A stretch of DNA of 46,363 nucleotides, filler included, from Catajapyx aquilonaris (Eukaryota): the NCBI GenBank assembly GCA_000934665.2. It is 2 parts of 2 records of this genome, joined end to end, with 100 filler letters (N's around TTAATTAATTAA, not from the genome) between each part and the next. Parts side by side here need not be neighbours in the genome. Positions count along the whole stretch, not along the records: positions 1 to 23,146 come from JYFJ02005730.1; positions 23,247 to 46,363 come from KZ539406.1. One strand, written 5' to 3'. Positions 21,551-45,111 of this stretch are shown here, piece by piece (positions within the stretch are counted from its first letter, which is position 1; the number at the start of each line of letters is the position of its first letter). Under the pieces are notes generated by a model. That model did not search any database. It saw only the letters and a program-made list of their open reading frames with translations, and was not told the origin of the DNA. The position numbers and the translations under genes are program-made.

Positions 21551-22481
21551 TAATTCGGGTTGTACAGGATTTGTGGTTTTCAAGTGAGACAAAATAACTT
21601 CTAAAAGCTTTTGTGCAGGCAGCCATTGGGGATGGATTCGAACCTGTTTGAAGTTCACAATTGTCCAAGTAATCAATCACATTCACGTTATTAGTTTTCT
21701 GTTGTTTTATAAAAATGAATGAAGTGAGGTTTTTCTTGCCCTGCAACCTTAAGTGCATCATCCATGTTAAGTATAAGTGAGTTGCAGTCATGAATAGTGG
21801 CACCTATTTATGAGTGTGTCTTAGGTTAAGTTGAATCTTCACTGTCTTTTTGTTGAATTCAGAGTTGCATTTCAAATGTTCAAATAATTGTTTGCTGAAG
21901 GAAAAGACTGACTTTTTGTTTCATATGGGAATGGATGAAAGTTGTAGCAACAATGATAACCTGGCTTTTCCCAACCAAAGAGAGGGTGGAAAAAAAGAGT
22001 GCCTTTGCATAAATGCCATAATGAGCTCACTGCCTAACACAACAGAACCGTCCAGAACTTGCCACATGATTGTGCAGCTGAGTGCACAAATAAAATTCAG
22101 TGATGATAATAATCAAGGTAGAGGCAGTTGCAGATGTGCAGCTAGAGGAATTTTAGCATTTTAATTGGAGTTGTAGATCCAGCAGTTTTCACCACAAAGA
22201 TGAACCTTGAGCAGATGCTCTTACCAGGTTGCGAGACCTGCAGTGGGCATATAAAGTATTATTGTTTTGGATGGTTGCTCATAATAACTCGAGTACTTAA
22301 AAGTAATGGAGAAGAAAGAAATATGAGTATTATGCTGGACTTATTTCTACAAGTTGGGTCAAGCAGCCAGCTGCTTTGTACAGAAGATCAAAATTTCAGT
22401 GCGTATGCCATAACTGACAAGATTTGACACAGTGCTTCAACTGACATGAGTGTTACTTGCTGGGGCAATGAAAATGAAATA

Positions 22482-22737
22482 TCGTCGGCCGGGGATCAAA
22501 ACCTCGTAACTCCATTTTGCGCGAAAATGGACTTAACGTACCTCGTAAGTCCCTTTGCACAACTTTGCAATGGTGTACATGAATTCAACATCCTCATGAA
22601 AGGTAAGGTTTACGTTATGCTATACTGTAGGAATAATTGTCAGCATGAACAGAAAACATGATTTTACAAAATGTTTTTTGTCCCTCCTGTAAAATTTGGT
22701 CTTGAGGAGTTACGAGGTTTTGATCCCCGGCCGACGA
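22482..22737. mobile_element. TA-flanked MITE
   Basis: Perfect 31-bp TIR TCGTCGGCCGGGGATCAAAACCTCGTAACTC / GAGTTACGAGGTTTTGATCCCCGGCCGACGA; TA on both sides. Confidence 0.9.
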
Positions 22738-23146
22738 TATGTAATCACTCTGACTGTAGAGTACATAATGGATTTATTGTAATTGGCAAGCCACTTTTTA
22801 AATTTCCGCTAAATTTTTTTCAGTTATGGTGTATTTGTACTGGAAATAGATACATTTCTCTAGTTTTCCGTAATCACTTCTAGTGTGAGGCAATCGTATA
22901 AATTATGTTTTCCAACTATTTAACACCAGGAAGAAATTAGATGTTTCAGAAAGCAGAGCGCTCCCAAGTGTACAGTGTTGTGAAGAGTAATACCGTACAA
23001 GAGTGGTCTTGATATACTTGAGTTATCTATATTTTAGAAACTTCACATTGTACTTGCTCTGATCTGAAAATATTGGGACACCCCCAAAAAATGGAGTGGT
23101 GGGGTTATACACAGGATGTGATAAAAAGTTTCCATTAAGATTATCT

Positions 23147-23246
23147 NNNNNNNNNNNNNNNNNNNNNNNNNNNNNNNNNNNNNNNNNNNNTTAATTAATT
23201 AANNNNNNNNNNNNNNNNNNNNNNNNNNNNNNNNNNNNNNNNNNNN
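23147..23246. other. Artificial scaffolding linker (44 N + TTAATTAATTAA + 44 N)
   Basis: Exactly 100 bp; the 12-mer places stop codons in all six frames. Confidence 0.93.
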
Positions 23247-24394
23247 TTAGCTCCGCGTGTAGTTGAGATATTCTAGGTGAAAATATGGCAAAAAGCGAAA
23301 ACATGCATATTTCAAAAATTATTTTCTCAAAAAAGCCATTTTTAATTTTAATTTTTATTTTTTATTTTAAAGGGAAAGGCATGGTGTAAAATTACCTGGT
23401 GTCAAAACCCCGTATATATTTTTTATACGTGAGATATAAATTTTTGTAAAGTCACAACTTTTGTAATTGTGCTACAATATGCACACTTAAAATAAATATT
23501 TTCTCGAAGAAGCCATTTTGAATATTTAATCGCTATTTTTTGCATAACAAAGTAGCATGAGTTCGATTAGAAAATTATATCAAAATTCTGTATATATTTG
23601 TATTCAGTGAGATCCTGACAAGAGGAAGGTCCCTACTATAGACTAATGAAATTATTCGCACCAAAAGTTAGAGGCCTAGTCCATATCAATTCAGGCAGGC
23701 AAAGAGAAAATCTTACCTTCATAGTCTCAGATGTTTTTGAATTTAACATATGTTAAAATTCAGGCAAAGGTAAGAGAGCCGTATTTTTTTGTTTTGTTCA
23801 AAAAAATTCCTGGCCCGAGATACAGGCCGCCAAAGATGGCGCCTCGGGCGCCATATTTCTCACTTGGGATTATCGGCAAAATTTTGAAACGCTCTATCTC
23901 TGGAACGGTTGAAGATACTTTGTTGCAGGTTTTTATATTTGAAAGATGATATTCTTCCGATTAAAATGACATCCTCCGTTTGGAAATGTGTGTCCAAGTT
24001 CTCTTGCTGTAGCCTTTTGAATTTCTTTTTCGAAAAATCAAAGATATTTTTTTTTTCAAAAAAGGCAATCCCAAAAATTTTGATTTTCTGACTGTTGATT
24101 AGTACCATAGAGTACTACATTCCCTGAAAAGGAGAACTTCCACTTTTGAGTTTAACAGGTTTTATAAGCAATTGAAAATTTTGCCATGTACATTAACCAA
24201 TTTCCGTTACACATACTCACATATTGGTCTCATGAAATCAAACTCTAGTCTTATTTGCCATGGCATTTTAATTCTTAATAAATATAAGTTACAGATACAG
24301 CTTTCAAAGCCTACTAAAGTTTCCAAAATTTAATCTTTATTAATTTAATTTTTATTTTTTATTTTTTATTTTTTATTTTATTTAAATTTAAATC

Positions 24395-24722
24395 GGGGGA
24401 GGCGGAGTGGTGCTGCGGTAACGTATGCGCCCACGGATGTTAAGGTCCCGGGTTCGATCCCAGCCCGGGGACACCCCCTTCATCTCGTGCAGAGTTCATT
24501 GGGTCACCTCTGGCTTCGTTTCGGGTGGTATTTCCTACAGACTAAACCACCCGGGGGAGTTCGCTAAAAATGGCCACGATTAAGACATTGCACTGCACCT
24601 TGCACACCCCCTCCTGTCATCCTGCCCGTGGGCCCGGGCGCTTCAATAATTAGGTTCCAAATATGTACATCGTACAAATAAAGGTCCGTGCTATATGCCG
24701 AGAAGGCCAAGCACTACCCGGA

Positions 24723-24810
<88 letters not shown>
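24395..24810 (+). mobile_element. tRNA-headed SINE, family C, with long (TTA)n tail
   Basis: A-box-like TGGTGCTGCGG, B-box GGTTCGATCCC, tail 24724-24810, 15-bp TSD ATTTAAATTTAAATC (24380-24394 / 24811-24825). Confidence 0.9.
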
Positions 24811-24813
<3 letters not shown>

Positions 24814-24899
24814 TAAATTTAAATCTTTTAAGACCGTGATCAGCGGAATCCTCACATTAAGTGCTGTTGGACCACAAAGGATGGGTTGCAACTTCACCA

Positions 24900-25068
24900 T
24901 CTGCCGTCAGATGTAAGAAGACCGTAACTCGAAAACCACTAAGGGCGAAAGTCGCATGCGCGCCCTGCACTAATCCCCTCTGAGCCAGGGTGGATTAGTG
25001 CACGGCATGCATGCGACTTTCGCCCTTACTAGTTTTTGAGTTACGGTCTTCTTACAACTGACGGCAGA
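24900..25068. mobile_element. Small palindromic MITE (~78-bp arms)
   Basis: TCTGCCGTCAGATGTAAGAAGACCGTAACTC ... GAGTTACGGTCTTCTTACAACTGACGGCAGA. Confidence 0.85.
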
Positions 25069-25967
25069 CCTGTTGTTCACAATCAATAGGATCATTACCA
25101 CTGATATTTTCACATGAGTAGGGTGTGGATCGGTGTGGATCCTGGCCCCAGCCATCTTGTATCCAATCCAAATTAACCACGGAAGCTTAAACATGAACAT
25201 TGTTTATAAAACCTGTTAAACTCAAAAGTGGAAGCTCTCCTTTTCAGGGAATGTAGTACGCTATGGTACTAATCAACAGTCAGAAAATCAAAATTTTTGG
25301 GACTGCCTTTTTTGATTTTTTTTTTTAATTTTTCGAAAAATAAATTCAAAAGGCTACAGCAAGAGAACTTGGACACATATTTCCAAACGGAGGATATCAT
25401 TTTAATCGGAAGAATAGCATCTTTCAAACAAAAAAAACCCGCAACAAAGTATCTTTAACCGTTCCAGAGATAGAGCGTTTCAAAATTTTGCGGATAATCC
25501 CAAGTGAGAAATATGGCGCCCGAGGCGTCATATTTGGCGGCCTGTATCTCGGGCCAGGAATTTTTTTGAACAAAACAAAAAAATACGGGTCTCTTACCTT
25601 TGCCTGAATTTTAACATATGTTAAATTCAAAAACATCTGAGACTATGAAGGTAACCCCCCTGCCTGAATTGATACGGACTAGGCCTAGACTATATCAGTT
25701 CACGCATATTACCGGTACCGTAATATGCGAACAACTGTATACCCAAGTCTATGAGATAGGATACGGAGTGTTGCAACTGACGAAATATAAATAAATTTCA
25801 CTATTGTTATAATTCATTATGAGTTTATAACTTTAGAAGTAACTGGGTGTTGAAAGACACTAACGAAAGCAAAAATACCACTTTTCATAAATTTGTATCA
25901 TCAAGAATCTATACCAGGTTTTTATATTATTTTATGACAGAACCGGTCTTTCCTTTATGAAATATAA

Positions 25968-26236
25968 TAATAATGGATACCCCGTGATAGGCCCCTTGGG
26001 CCTCTTAGGCACTTAGGGGATCATCTTTTGAATAACAGACTTTAATCATTTGCCTGAAATGTGATGGATTTTGATAGTGGGAGGAAACGGGAGAACCCCG
26101 AGAAAACCCACGCGAACACGGAGAGAACCCATCGAACCTCTATCCACATAAGTATTCTCCGTCCGACCCGGGGATCGAACTCGGGACCTTAGAGGTGGAA
26201 GGCTGCGGCGCTAACCGCTCGGCCACCGTGTCGCCC
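25968..26236 (-). mobile_element. tRNA-headed SINE, family B (V-domain-like core)
   Basis: Head GGGCGACACGGTGGCCGAGCGGTTAGCG..GTTCGATCCC on minus; 16-bp TSD CCTTTATGAAATATAA (25952-25967 / 26237-26252); second copy at 45588-45853. Confidence 0.92.
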
Positions 26237-26595
26237 CCTTTATGAAATATAAAAGAATATTGCATATTTAAAATGGCGTTTTCCATATATTAATTTTTGG
26301 AATGTGCATGTTGTTGCATAGAAACAAAAATCGCCCCTGTGAGAAAAATTCGTATCTCACTGAATACAAATATATACCGAATTTTGATATAATTTTCTAA
26401 TCGAACTCATGCTACTTTGTTATGCAAAAAATAGCGATTAAATATTCAAAATGGCTTCGAGAAAATATTTATTTTAAGTGTGCATATTGTAGCACAATTA
26501 CAAAAGTTGTGACTTTACAAAAATTTATATCTCACGTATAAAAAATATATACGGGGTTTTGACACCAGGTAATTTTATACCATGCCTTTCCCTTT

Positions 26596-26627
<32 letters not shown>

Positions 26628-27349
26628 GGCTTTTTTGAGAAAATAATTTTTGAAATATGCATGTTTTCGCTTTTTGCCATATTTTCACCTAGAATATCTC
26701 AACTACACGCGGAGCTAACGAAGGTTTTATTTCATGACCTGGAGGGGGTCACCGAGTATATCACAAAATATAATCAGCACAACCGTCAAGTTTACCATAA
26801 CGGCGTAATAAATTCCGAAATATGCGCATTTTGACCAAAATATGCAAGATTGGTGATTTTTTTGCAGGTGACTGTACCATTAAATGAGGTAAATTTATGC
26901 ATTAAATGACAGTGTGTTATTCCAAAAGCACGAGTTTAAAATTTCACGTTGGTTCTCTGAACAGTTCCCGAGATATACTCATTGAAAGCAATGGAAGAAG
27001 CGGGAAAAAGTGCGTCTTCGCGTGATTGTGATTTTGGTACCCCTTCAAAGAAATATTAATATATCGATAACTAAATTTAATCTGGTAAAACTGATTGCTC
27101 CATAAGAGTTCAATTGGATGTGGGTTTTACATATATTTTTTTCAAAAAAAATCGATGACTATGACCTGACACCTTTTTTCACTCACTGGCTGATCTGAAA
27201 TGGAACCACCCTGTTGTATAGTCAGTTGTATAGTCAGTTGTATAGTCAGATAGTCTACTCTCTACTGCACAGGTATGCCGATGAGCAGCTGTACCGGTAT
27301 ACTACTGTATATGATTGTATATTTAGTATACACTGAAATCTATACATTC

Positions 27350-27464
27350 TCACCCTGGGTAACTTACCCAGCACCTGCTTACGTAGATCATTTTATACAC
27401 GTTGCCATGGGGAAAAAACAACAAGTGGGTAAGTTACCTAGGGTCACCCCACGAAAAGGGTTAA
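27350..27464. mobile_element. Degenerate piggyBac-like MITE
   Basis: ACCCTGGGTAACTTACCCA / TGGGTAAGTTACCTAGGGT inverted pair; right end AGGG-TTAA. Confidence 0.5.
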
Positions 27465-27724
27465 TAGGAGAGTGAGCAACTCCTCTGGAATAAACATCCG
27501 AGCATCCTCATTAGCCACCCAATAATAATCAGCAATGTTGTGACGTCCCGGAAACATTGTTTTGACAACAAGACGTACCCTAGCCTCGTGCATAAAAGTT
27601 TCGTACTTTACTTCCTCCCACTCACACCGTCAATGACGGCCACAATTACTATAACTCAATTATCTCCTTTATTAGGATGTTTTGCCAGGCACATCAATGC
27701 ACCTCATGCCGCAGGTACAGTCAA

Positions 27725-27902
27725 TTCCAGTAGTAAGGTAGCAGACACGAAGGCCAAGATAGCCTCCAAGGGAGGAGCGCCTCTCTTGGAGAGTGTGCAG
27801 TCATTTCCAGGAGTAAGGTAACATACCTGAAGCTCCATGAAAGGAGCGGGAGCGCATCTCTTGGAGGCTATTTTGACCTTCAGGTCTACTAGGGAACTGG
27901 AA
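27725..27902. mobile_element. Degenerate palindromic MITE
   Basis: GAAGGCCAAGATAGCCTCCAAG mirrored by CTTGGAGGCTATTTTGACCTTC. Confidence 0.55.
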
Positions 27903-28173
27903 AGCAGTCAATTGAACTGGTTACAGCCTCGTCGGAGTCCCCGGCTGGAGGAGAAGCGAAGCAATATGGTAAGGTTCAGTTTATCGGAATGCCATTTTTT
28001 CTCTATTGTCATTTACCATTATTTGTAGGAATGATGATGATGTATCGAGTGTTTGTTCATGTCAAACATTATTTTCATTGTCATCAAACTCATCATAGCC
28101 TTTTGCGTGTACCTGACCAGTCACTATAGGTTTGTCATGTCCGGTAAAACGAGATGGGAAGGTGTTGTGTGTA

Positions 28174-28319
28174 TTATCGGGTTCAAATACTTTTGGCCAC
28201 TTTATCCTGGTCTTGAAGCAACCCTTCACACACGGACACACACCTCCTTAACGTGGGGTCTGTACGAAGGGTTGCTTCAAGACCATGATAAAGTGGCCAA
28301 AAGTATTTGAACCCGATAG
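28174..28319. mobile_element. TA-flanked MITE (~55-bp TIRs)
   Basis: TATCGGGTTCAAATACTTTTGGCCACTTTATC.TGGTCTTGAAGCAACCCTTC and its mirror; TA on both sides. Confidence 0.9.
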
Positions 28320-28499
28320 TACATTACGTCAGTCATCGCTGGCTACCCCATGCTTGGGACAATGCCACGAAGAAACGAATGAAAAAAAGAGGTCTGCTAC
28401 CTTACTCCTGGAAATGACTCTACACTCTTATAGCCGAGTGTCCGCAATAATACTGTTCCGATCGCACACCCCCCATAACCCAGGCGACTCAAAGCTCTG

Positions 28500-40103
<11,604 letters not shown>

Positions 40104-40420
40104 GTGAGTGTGGAATGTGCATTTTTAACCAGATTGTTTCGTATTTGAGTGTTGTCCATAGGTTAGTAAGGGAAGGTTTGCAAAAATTATCATGACAAGA
40201 GTGTTCAGGGATAAATGTCATTGTATGATGTAATCAGGGGTAGTTTTAAATTATGAGTTCTGGCGAAAAAGAAATTGAATGGCATTCCTGACATGTAAGG
40301 GGATTTTCATGCGTGCATGAGATAGTGCCAATATATGCAAATAATATTTACAATCCATGTGACATAACTTGATAACCTCACTTCCAGAGTTGTAGTTGCT
40401 GGAGTGTAATTTAATAATTA

Positions 40421-41534
40421 CCCTATGCAACACGATATTTGTCCTTGGAAATTCATCTTCATATTCATGTTCCTTAGGTCACAAGTAACTCTTAATGGGC
40501 ATTCATTTTGTCTTTGATTAGTTTTTGACCTCAGGGCAGTAAAAAAACCAAAGTCCTCAAATATAGCAGTTTTTTCCCAATATAGCTGAATGTTGCTAAA
40601 CCATCTCGGATTTTTCTGAAAATAATCACAGCTGTACACACCTATGCCGTAACACTGCATATCAAGTGTGAGCCAAATTGCGAAATACCGTGGGGAGGGA
40701 AAAAATCGCGAAATTTTGAAAATGGGCCCTTTCTTGTATAATCTAATTTTGGTTATTGGAAATGGTCAAAACCCAATCAACATATACATCAAATGAAAGA
40801 GAAACGCGAGTAGAATGTGTCTCTTGAATTAGTTTTTTTGTTAAATGCACTCAGAAAAAACGTGTGGCATTTCATCAGTCACATGTCCAAGAATTTGGCT
40901 TCATTAAAATTAATGGTAATCTGGCAAACATCTATTATTTTCGCGCGAGCCATGCATGACCCATGATTGAAACTGAACATATTGAATCTTGTATGGGTCA
41001 CAACTCATGTCACCAAATATGGCTGTGCTTATGCAAATACATCACTAATTTTTTTGGGTCTAAACACTTGGACATGTTTTTCTGAGGGCATTTTACAAAA
41101 AACAAATTCCATAGGCTCATTCTACTCGCGTTTCTCTTCCATTTGATGTATATGTTGATTGGGTTTTGACCACCTCCAATAACGAAAAAAGATTATCCAA
41201 GAAAGGCCCCATTTTCAAAATTTCGCGACTTCTTCCCTCCCCACGGTACGGTATTTCGCAATTTGGCTCAAGCTTGTTATGCTATGTTACCACATAGGTG
41301 TGTACAGCTGTGATTATTTTCAGAAGAATCCGAGATGGTTTAGCAACATTTAAGCCCACTTGATTGGGAAAAAACTGCTATATTTGAGGATGTTGGTTTT
41401 ATGACTGCCCCGAGGTCAAAAACAAATCCAAGATCAAATGAATGCCCATTATGAGTTACTTGTGACCTAAGGAACACGAATATGACGATGAATTTCCATG
41501 GCCAAAAAAAAAAGTCAAATTTTGTTGAATAGTG
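40421..41534. mobile_element. Foldback MITE with ~450-bp arms in G-alpha-q intron 3; possibly piggyBac-like ends
   Basis: 40443-~40892 mirrors ~41067-41500 (e.g. GTTCCTTAGGTCACAAGTAACTC / GAGTTACTTGTGACCTAAGGAAC); ends ATTA-CCCTATGCAACA / TGTTGAATAGTG-TTAG. Confidence 0.9.
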
Positions 41535-41545
41535 TTAGTAATATA

Positions 41546-41709
41546 CTGTGTGACTCTAAAGTCAGGATACATGGGTATTTGGATTGAATTGTTGGTTTCC
41601 AGTTGTGCCAACTAGCAGATTGTTGACACTTAGAAAGGTTGAGTTGGCACAACTGGAAACCAACAATGCAATTCAATTACCTATGTATCCTGACTTTAGG
41701 GTCACCCTG
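41546..41709. mobile_element. Tc1/mariner-type MITE (~65-bp arms)
   Basis: TA-CTGTGTGACTCTAAAGTCAGGATACAT ... ATGTATCCTGACTTTAGGGTCACCCTG-TA. Confidence 0.88.
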
Positions 41710-42625
41710 TATAATAATATGGTGATGCATACAATACACCATTCATGGTTCACAATTCGATTTTCTGCTAGTTTCCTTTATTTTTAAGATAAAGTTGCCC
41801 AATTAAAATTTTTTAAGGACTTTCACGACATGTTCAGCATAAACTATGAGAGTCAGTGGGGCTCGTAAGGCTTGTCTTGTTCCTGATGCTTAGATTCATT
41901 ACGTGTGAGGTATTATTGCTCCATTTTCTTATTTTTGTTTTTATTTATTTTCATCTTTTGTCTAAGAAGAGGTGCTAAATGATCATAGCATGTAACCTTA
42001 TGTGAAAAAATTTACACATAGTAACCTGCATTTAGAGTTGGTCAAGTTTTAAAAGTCAGAAAATGAAGGAACAATTGGTTGACCTTTTGGTACATAACCA
42101 TTTTTACGCTGAGTTCGTGTTACTCAAAAGGGTTTAGGCCAGGTAAAATTAATTTAATGTTGTGGTAGCAATTTGTGAAGATATTAATTTTTCAGGTCCA
42201 CTTTGCAGATAATAATCATTGTCCATCATTACCTTCAAGAAATGGTGACAACCATTTTTTATTTTATTAATATGCTTGTTATAGTAGGGGAACTATTTTC
42301 TCCAGCAGGTTTTTATAATTGACATTGTGATAGATGACCATATGGTCTCTCATACAGTTACTTATGGCTGTGGTTGTAGTCCGTCCAACAAGGCATGGGT
42401 GGCAGACAACATCTGAATTCCAGCTAGCATCAACAAAAGCTGCACACAATTCCCGACAAGCCTCCTAGTCTCCCCCCCCCCCTCTCCCTACTTCCCCCCC
42501 AACGACCTTGACACCTATTGGCCTTTTCCTGGCGAACACCACAACTCACCCAACTCCATGGAGCAGGTGGAGCTGGTGTCACAGAATGTGGTGAAATCCC
42601 TTCTCTCAGTGCTCAAACCATCGCA

Positions 42626-42805
42626 TGGTATAACAGTTGAATCCGGGTATAACAGTTGAATCCGGATATAACAGCCTCGGCTATAACAGACTTTCGGTTA
42701 TAACAGACTCGACAGGCCAGTCCTGCCATACTTCCACAAGGCCCTGTGTAGTCTTACTCCTGATATTCACTCCTAACTTCACCTCATCTCGGCTATAACA
42801 GACCA
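42626..42805 (+). repeat. Repeated CGG.TATAACAG motifs (pogo/Tigger-like end relic)
   Basis: Six TATAACAG copies, including a tandem 20-mer TATAACAGTTGAATCCGG(G/A). Confidence 0.55.
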
Positions 42806-43203
42806 TTTTTTCCAGTGACTGCAATGCTGCGTTTATATGTGAGCAATTTGATCAGTACTGAGCGATGAAACCAATTGTTTGGGTGAAAGTAACAATTGTG
42901 TTTACTGGCAGTCGTTCGATTCGGCCAACAAAGCAAATAACAAAGGAACATAGCAGAATTGGCCCGTTCCTGCCTCTGCACCACTAGTATGTTTTCCGTC
43001 AGAGGGCAGTACGATAGCGTATAATTAACATGATCTTTGATCGATCATAGCTCTCAATCGAATACGTATTTCTTCAGACAAAAAACAACGAAATATATTT
43101 TAAAATGGGGACGATTTTTTACACGGGTTTTCAAAATGTAGGCTAGGAGGGTTTCCACCGAGTCCAAACATGGTTGTGAGATCATTTATTTTTATAAAAC
43201 ATT

Positions 43204-43280
43204 GGGGAGGTGGAATGGTGCTGCGGTAACGTAAGCACCCACAGATGTAAGTGTCCCGGGTTCAATACCAAGCCCGGGCA
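43204..43280 (+). mobile_element. Family C SINE head (body differs from the 24395 copy)
   Basis: GGGGAGGTGGAATGGTGCTGCGGTAACGTAAGCACCCACAGATGT..CCCGGGTTCAATACCAAGCCCGGG matches 24396-24469. Confidence 0.75.
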
Positions 43281-43545
43281 TTCCCGGTTGTGTTCTGGTT
43301 TTGTGCCTTTTAGAAGAAGGTAGTGATCTCCACTGCAGTATTCCGCACCTCCTATTCCTACTAGTTTCAAGCAGAACCGTATGAGGGGAGCAATTAACTC
43401 TGGCCTTGTTATACAACATTAACTAGTATTATGGATTCAAACAGAGAATGGTACTGATGATACAAACCTTTAATTGTTAATAAAATTTAATTAACAGTCG
43501 TTGTTGCTCATTGTGATGTCAGTAATGTTGTTTTGTTGAAGAAAT

Positions 43546-43550
<5 letters not shown>

Positions 43551-43601
<51 letters not shown>

Positions 43602-43860
43602 TCATACCCCGTTATCAGCCGGCGGCTCTTTAGGGGGGAGTTTTGTTTTGACTGCATTTTTACTTCGCTTTTGGGGATAGGATAGGGACGGAAGGAAGCG
43701 GCTGTGGCCAATTATTTTAGGAAACAACCCCGGCATTTACCTGGAGGGACCGTGGGAAACCACAGAAAATCACAGTTAGGGTTTCTGGCCCTGGGGATCA
43801 AACCCAAGACCTCCCGATTAGCAGTCGGATACCATATCCCCTCCGCCACCACTGCTTCGG
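43551..43860 (-). mobile_element. tRNA-headed SINE, family A, with microsatellite tail
   Basis: Perfect 20-bp TSD TTTTGTTGAAGAAATCATTA (43531-43550 / 43861-43880); colinear with 13757-14048. Confidence 0.93.
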
Positions 43861-44145
43861 TTTTGTTGAAGAAATCATTACATTAGTTTGAACAAATTTA
43901 AAAAAAGTATATGTTATAATTTTCATGAATGGAAACCTAGTGAATAGGAAGTTTTAAGCCGCATTTACATGTGAGCGATTTGATCCGCAATGTCATCGTA
44001 GAGTGATGAATCCAATTTACATTTTAGGCAGGTTTCACTGTAATAGCATTTGATGGTTGGACACGATGCTTTTGTGCTGGCTCACTGTCAGTAGGTGCTC
44101 TTGGGGCCATGGAGGAATTTAACTAGCCTTCTTCAAGTGGGTATA

Positions 44146-44572
44146 CAGGGTGAAGAAATTCTTGCGGACAATCGCCTGGTAGACTGATAGTACTCGCAAA
44201 ACTAATATAGGGATGTGTAATTAGCAATAGGTTTGGGCGCTGTTGCGTAGTTAATGCGCACAGCGCCTTTAAAGTTTCGTGATGTCACATTCACTCCACC
44301 AGTTTCAAAGAAACAAAAGTCAACTCGAGGACCTCCGAATAATCGGCCTTGGTCCCTTAATGCATCATCCATGATCCCGTCGGAGTAAGAATCCAGATGC
44401 AACACCGGTGCAGTTTGTCGTTGTTCACCTCATATTCTACCATGTGACACTCTACACTTTAATGGCGCATTAACTACGCAATCTACTACGCAACTACTTG
44501 CACACCCCTATATTAGTTTTGCGAGTACTATCAGTTTACCTGGTGATTGTCCGCGAGAATTCCTTCACCCTG
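44146..44572. mobile_element. Tc1/mariner-type MITE (CAGGGTG ends)
   Basis: TA-CAGGGTGAAGAAATTCTTGCGGACAATC ... GATTGTCCGCGAGAATTCCTTCACCCTG-TA; arms ~110 bp. Confidence 0.9.
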
Positions 44573-44997
44573 TATATTACATATTCCAGTAATATAACTC
44601 CATGGTATTTCCTGTACTGTGTTGCATTAATAAATGTAATGCCTTGCATTGGAGCAAGAAACTTATCAATCTAATGGTGACATCCCTTCTATAGAGAGCC
44701 TGTTCTTTTTGGTCAACCTAGTAGTCTGGTGCAGTATGAATGATATGCTGCAGAAAGATTGCTTTCCCCCCATCTCTCATATTGTACTGAATTTTAAAAA
44801 TTGAGATGAAAAGGTTTTTGACATGTATTCATATGTAAATACTACATTGGCTGGCAAGAAGAAAAGAGTGGGATTCCCCATGCAATCTGTATTATCTTAC
44901 AAACTTAAGAGCAGACTCCTTCTGACACAGTGACATAATAATATAATAATTAATTCCCCATAATAATAGCCTTGTCTGGAACGCTCCAGATGTTGCT

Positions 44998-45111
44998 GCC
45001 TGAAGAAGTAGTGCCATGACGAAAAAGGTGGCAGCACTCCCTTGGCGGCCTTTGGCGGCGGCCAAGGGAGTGCTGCCACCTTTTGGTCAGTACGGCACTA
45101 ATTCTTCAGGC
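44998..45111. mobile_element. Small palindromic element with a perfect 24-bp inner stem
   Basis: GCCTGAAGAAGTAGTGCC / GGCACTAATTCTTCAGGC outer arms; inner AAAAGGTGGCAGCACTCCCTTGGC / GCCAAGGGAGTGCTGCCACCTTTT. Confidence 0.8.

Larger units (their letters stand above)
23247..27211. mobile_element. Large foldback element with ~0.9 kb of visible inverted arms; left arm cut by the gap; contains two SINEs and a MITE
   Basis: 23247-~23613 mirrors ~26354-26718 and ~23672-24167 mirrors ~25204-25689, near identical. The right side continues to a TIR-like end CTGAAATGGAACCACCC at 27211. Confidence 0.88.

Noticed and set aside
23731..25636. Duplicated MFLNLTYVKIQAKV ORFs as a gene pair
   Set aside because: Mirror copies within foldback arms that diverge by an indel near their ends; no coding signature.
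27212..27249. (GTTGTATAGTCA)x3 as a CRISPR-like or regulatory array
   Set aside because: Simple 12-bp tandem with no spacers, next to a transposon end, in a eukaryote.
42350..42380. Candidate G-alpha-q exon 4 (CATACAG|TTACTTA would give YYL)
   Set aside because: Stop codon five codons later and no similarity to the expected L.RI...YLPT.QDILR.
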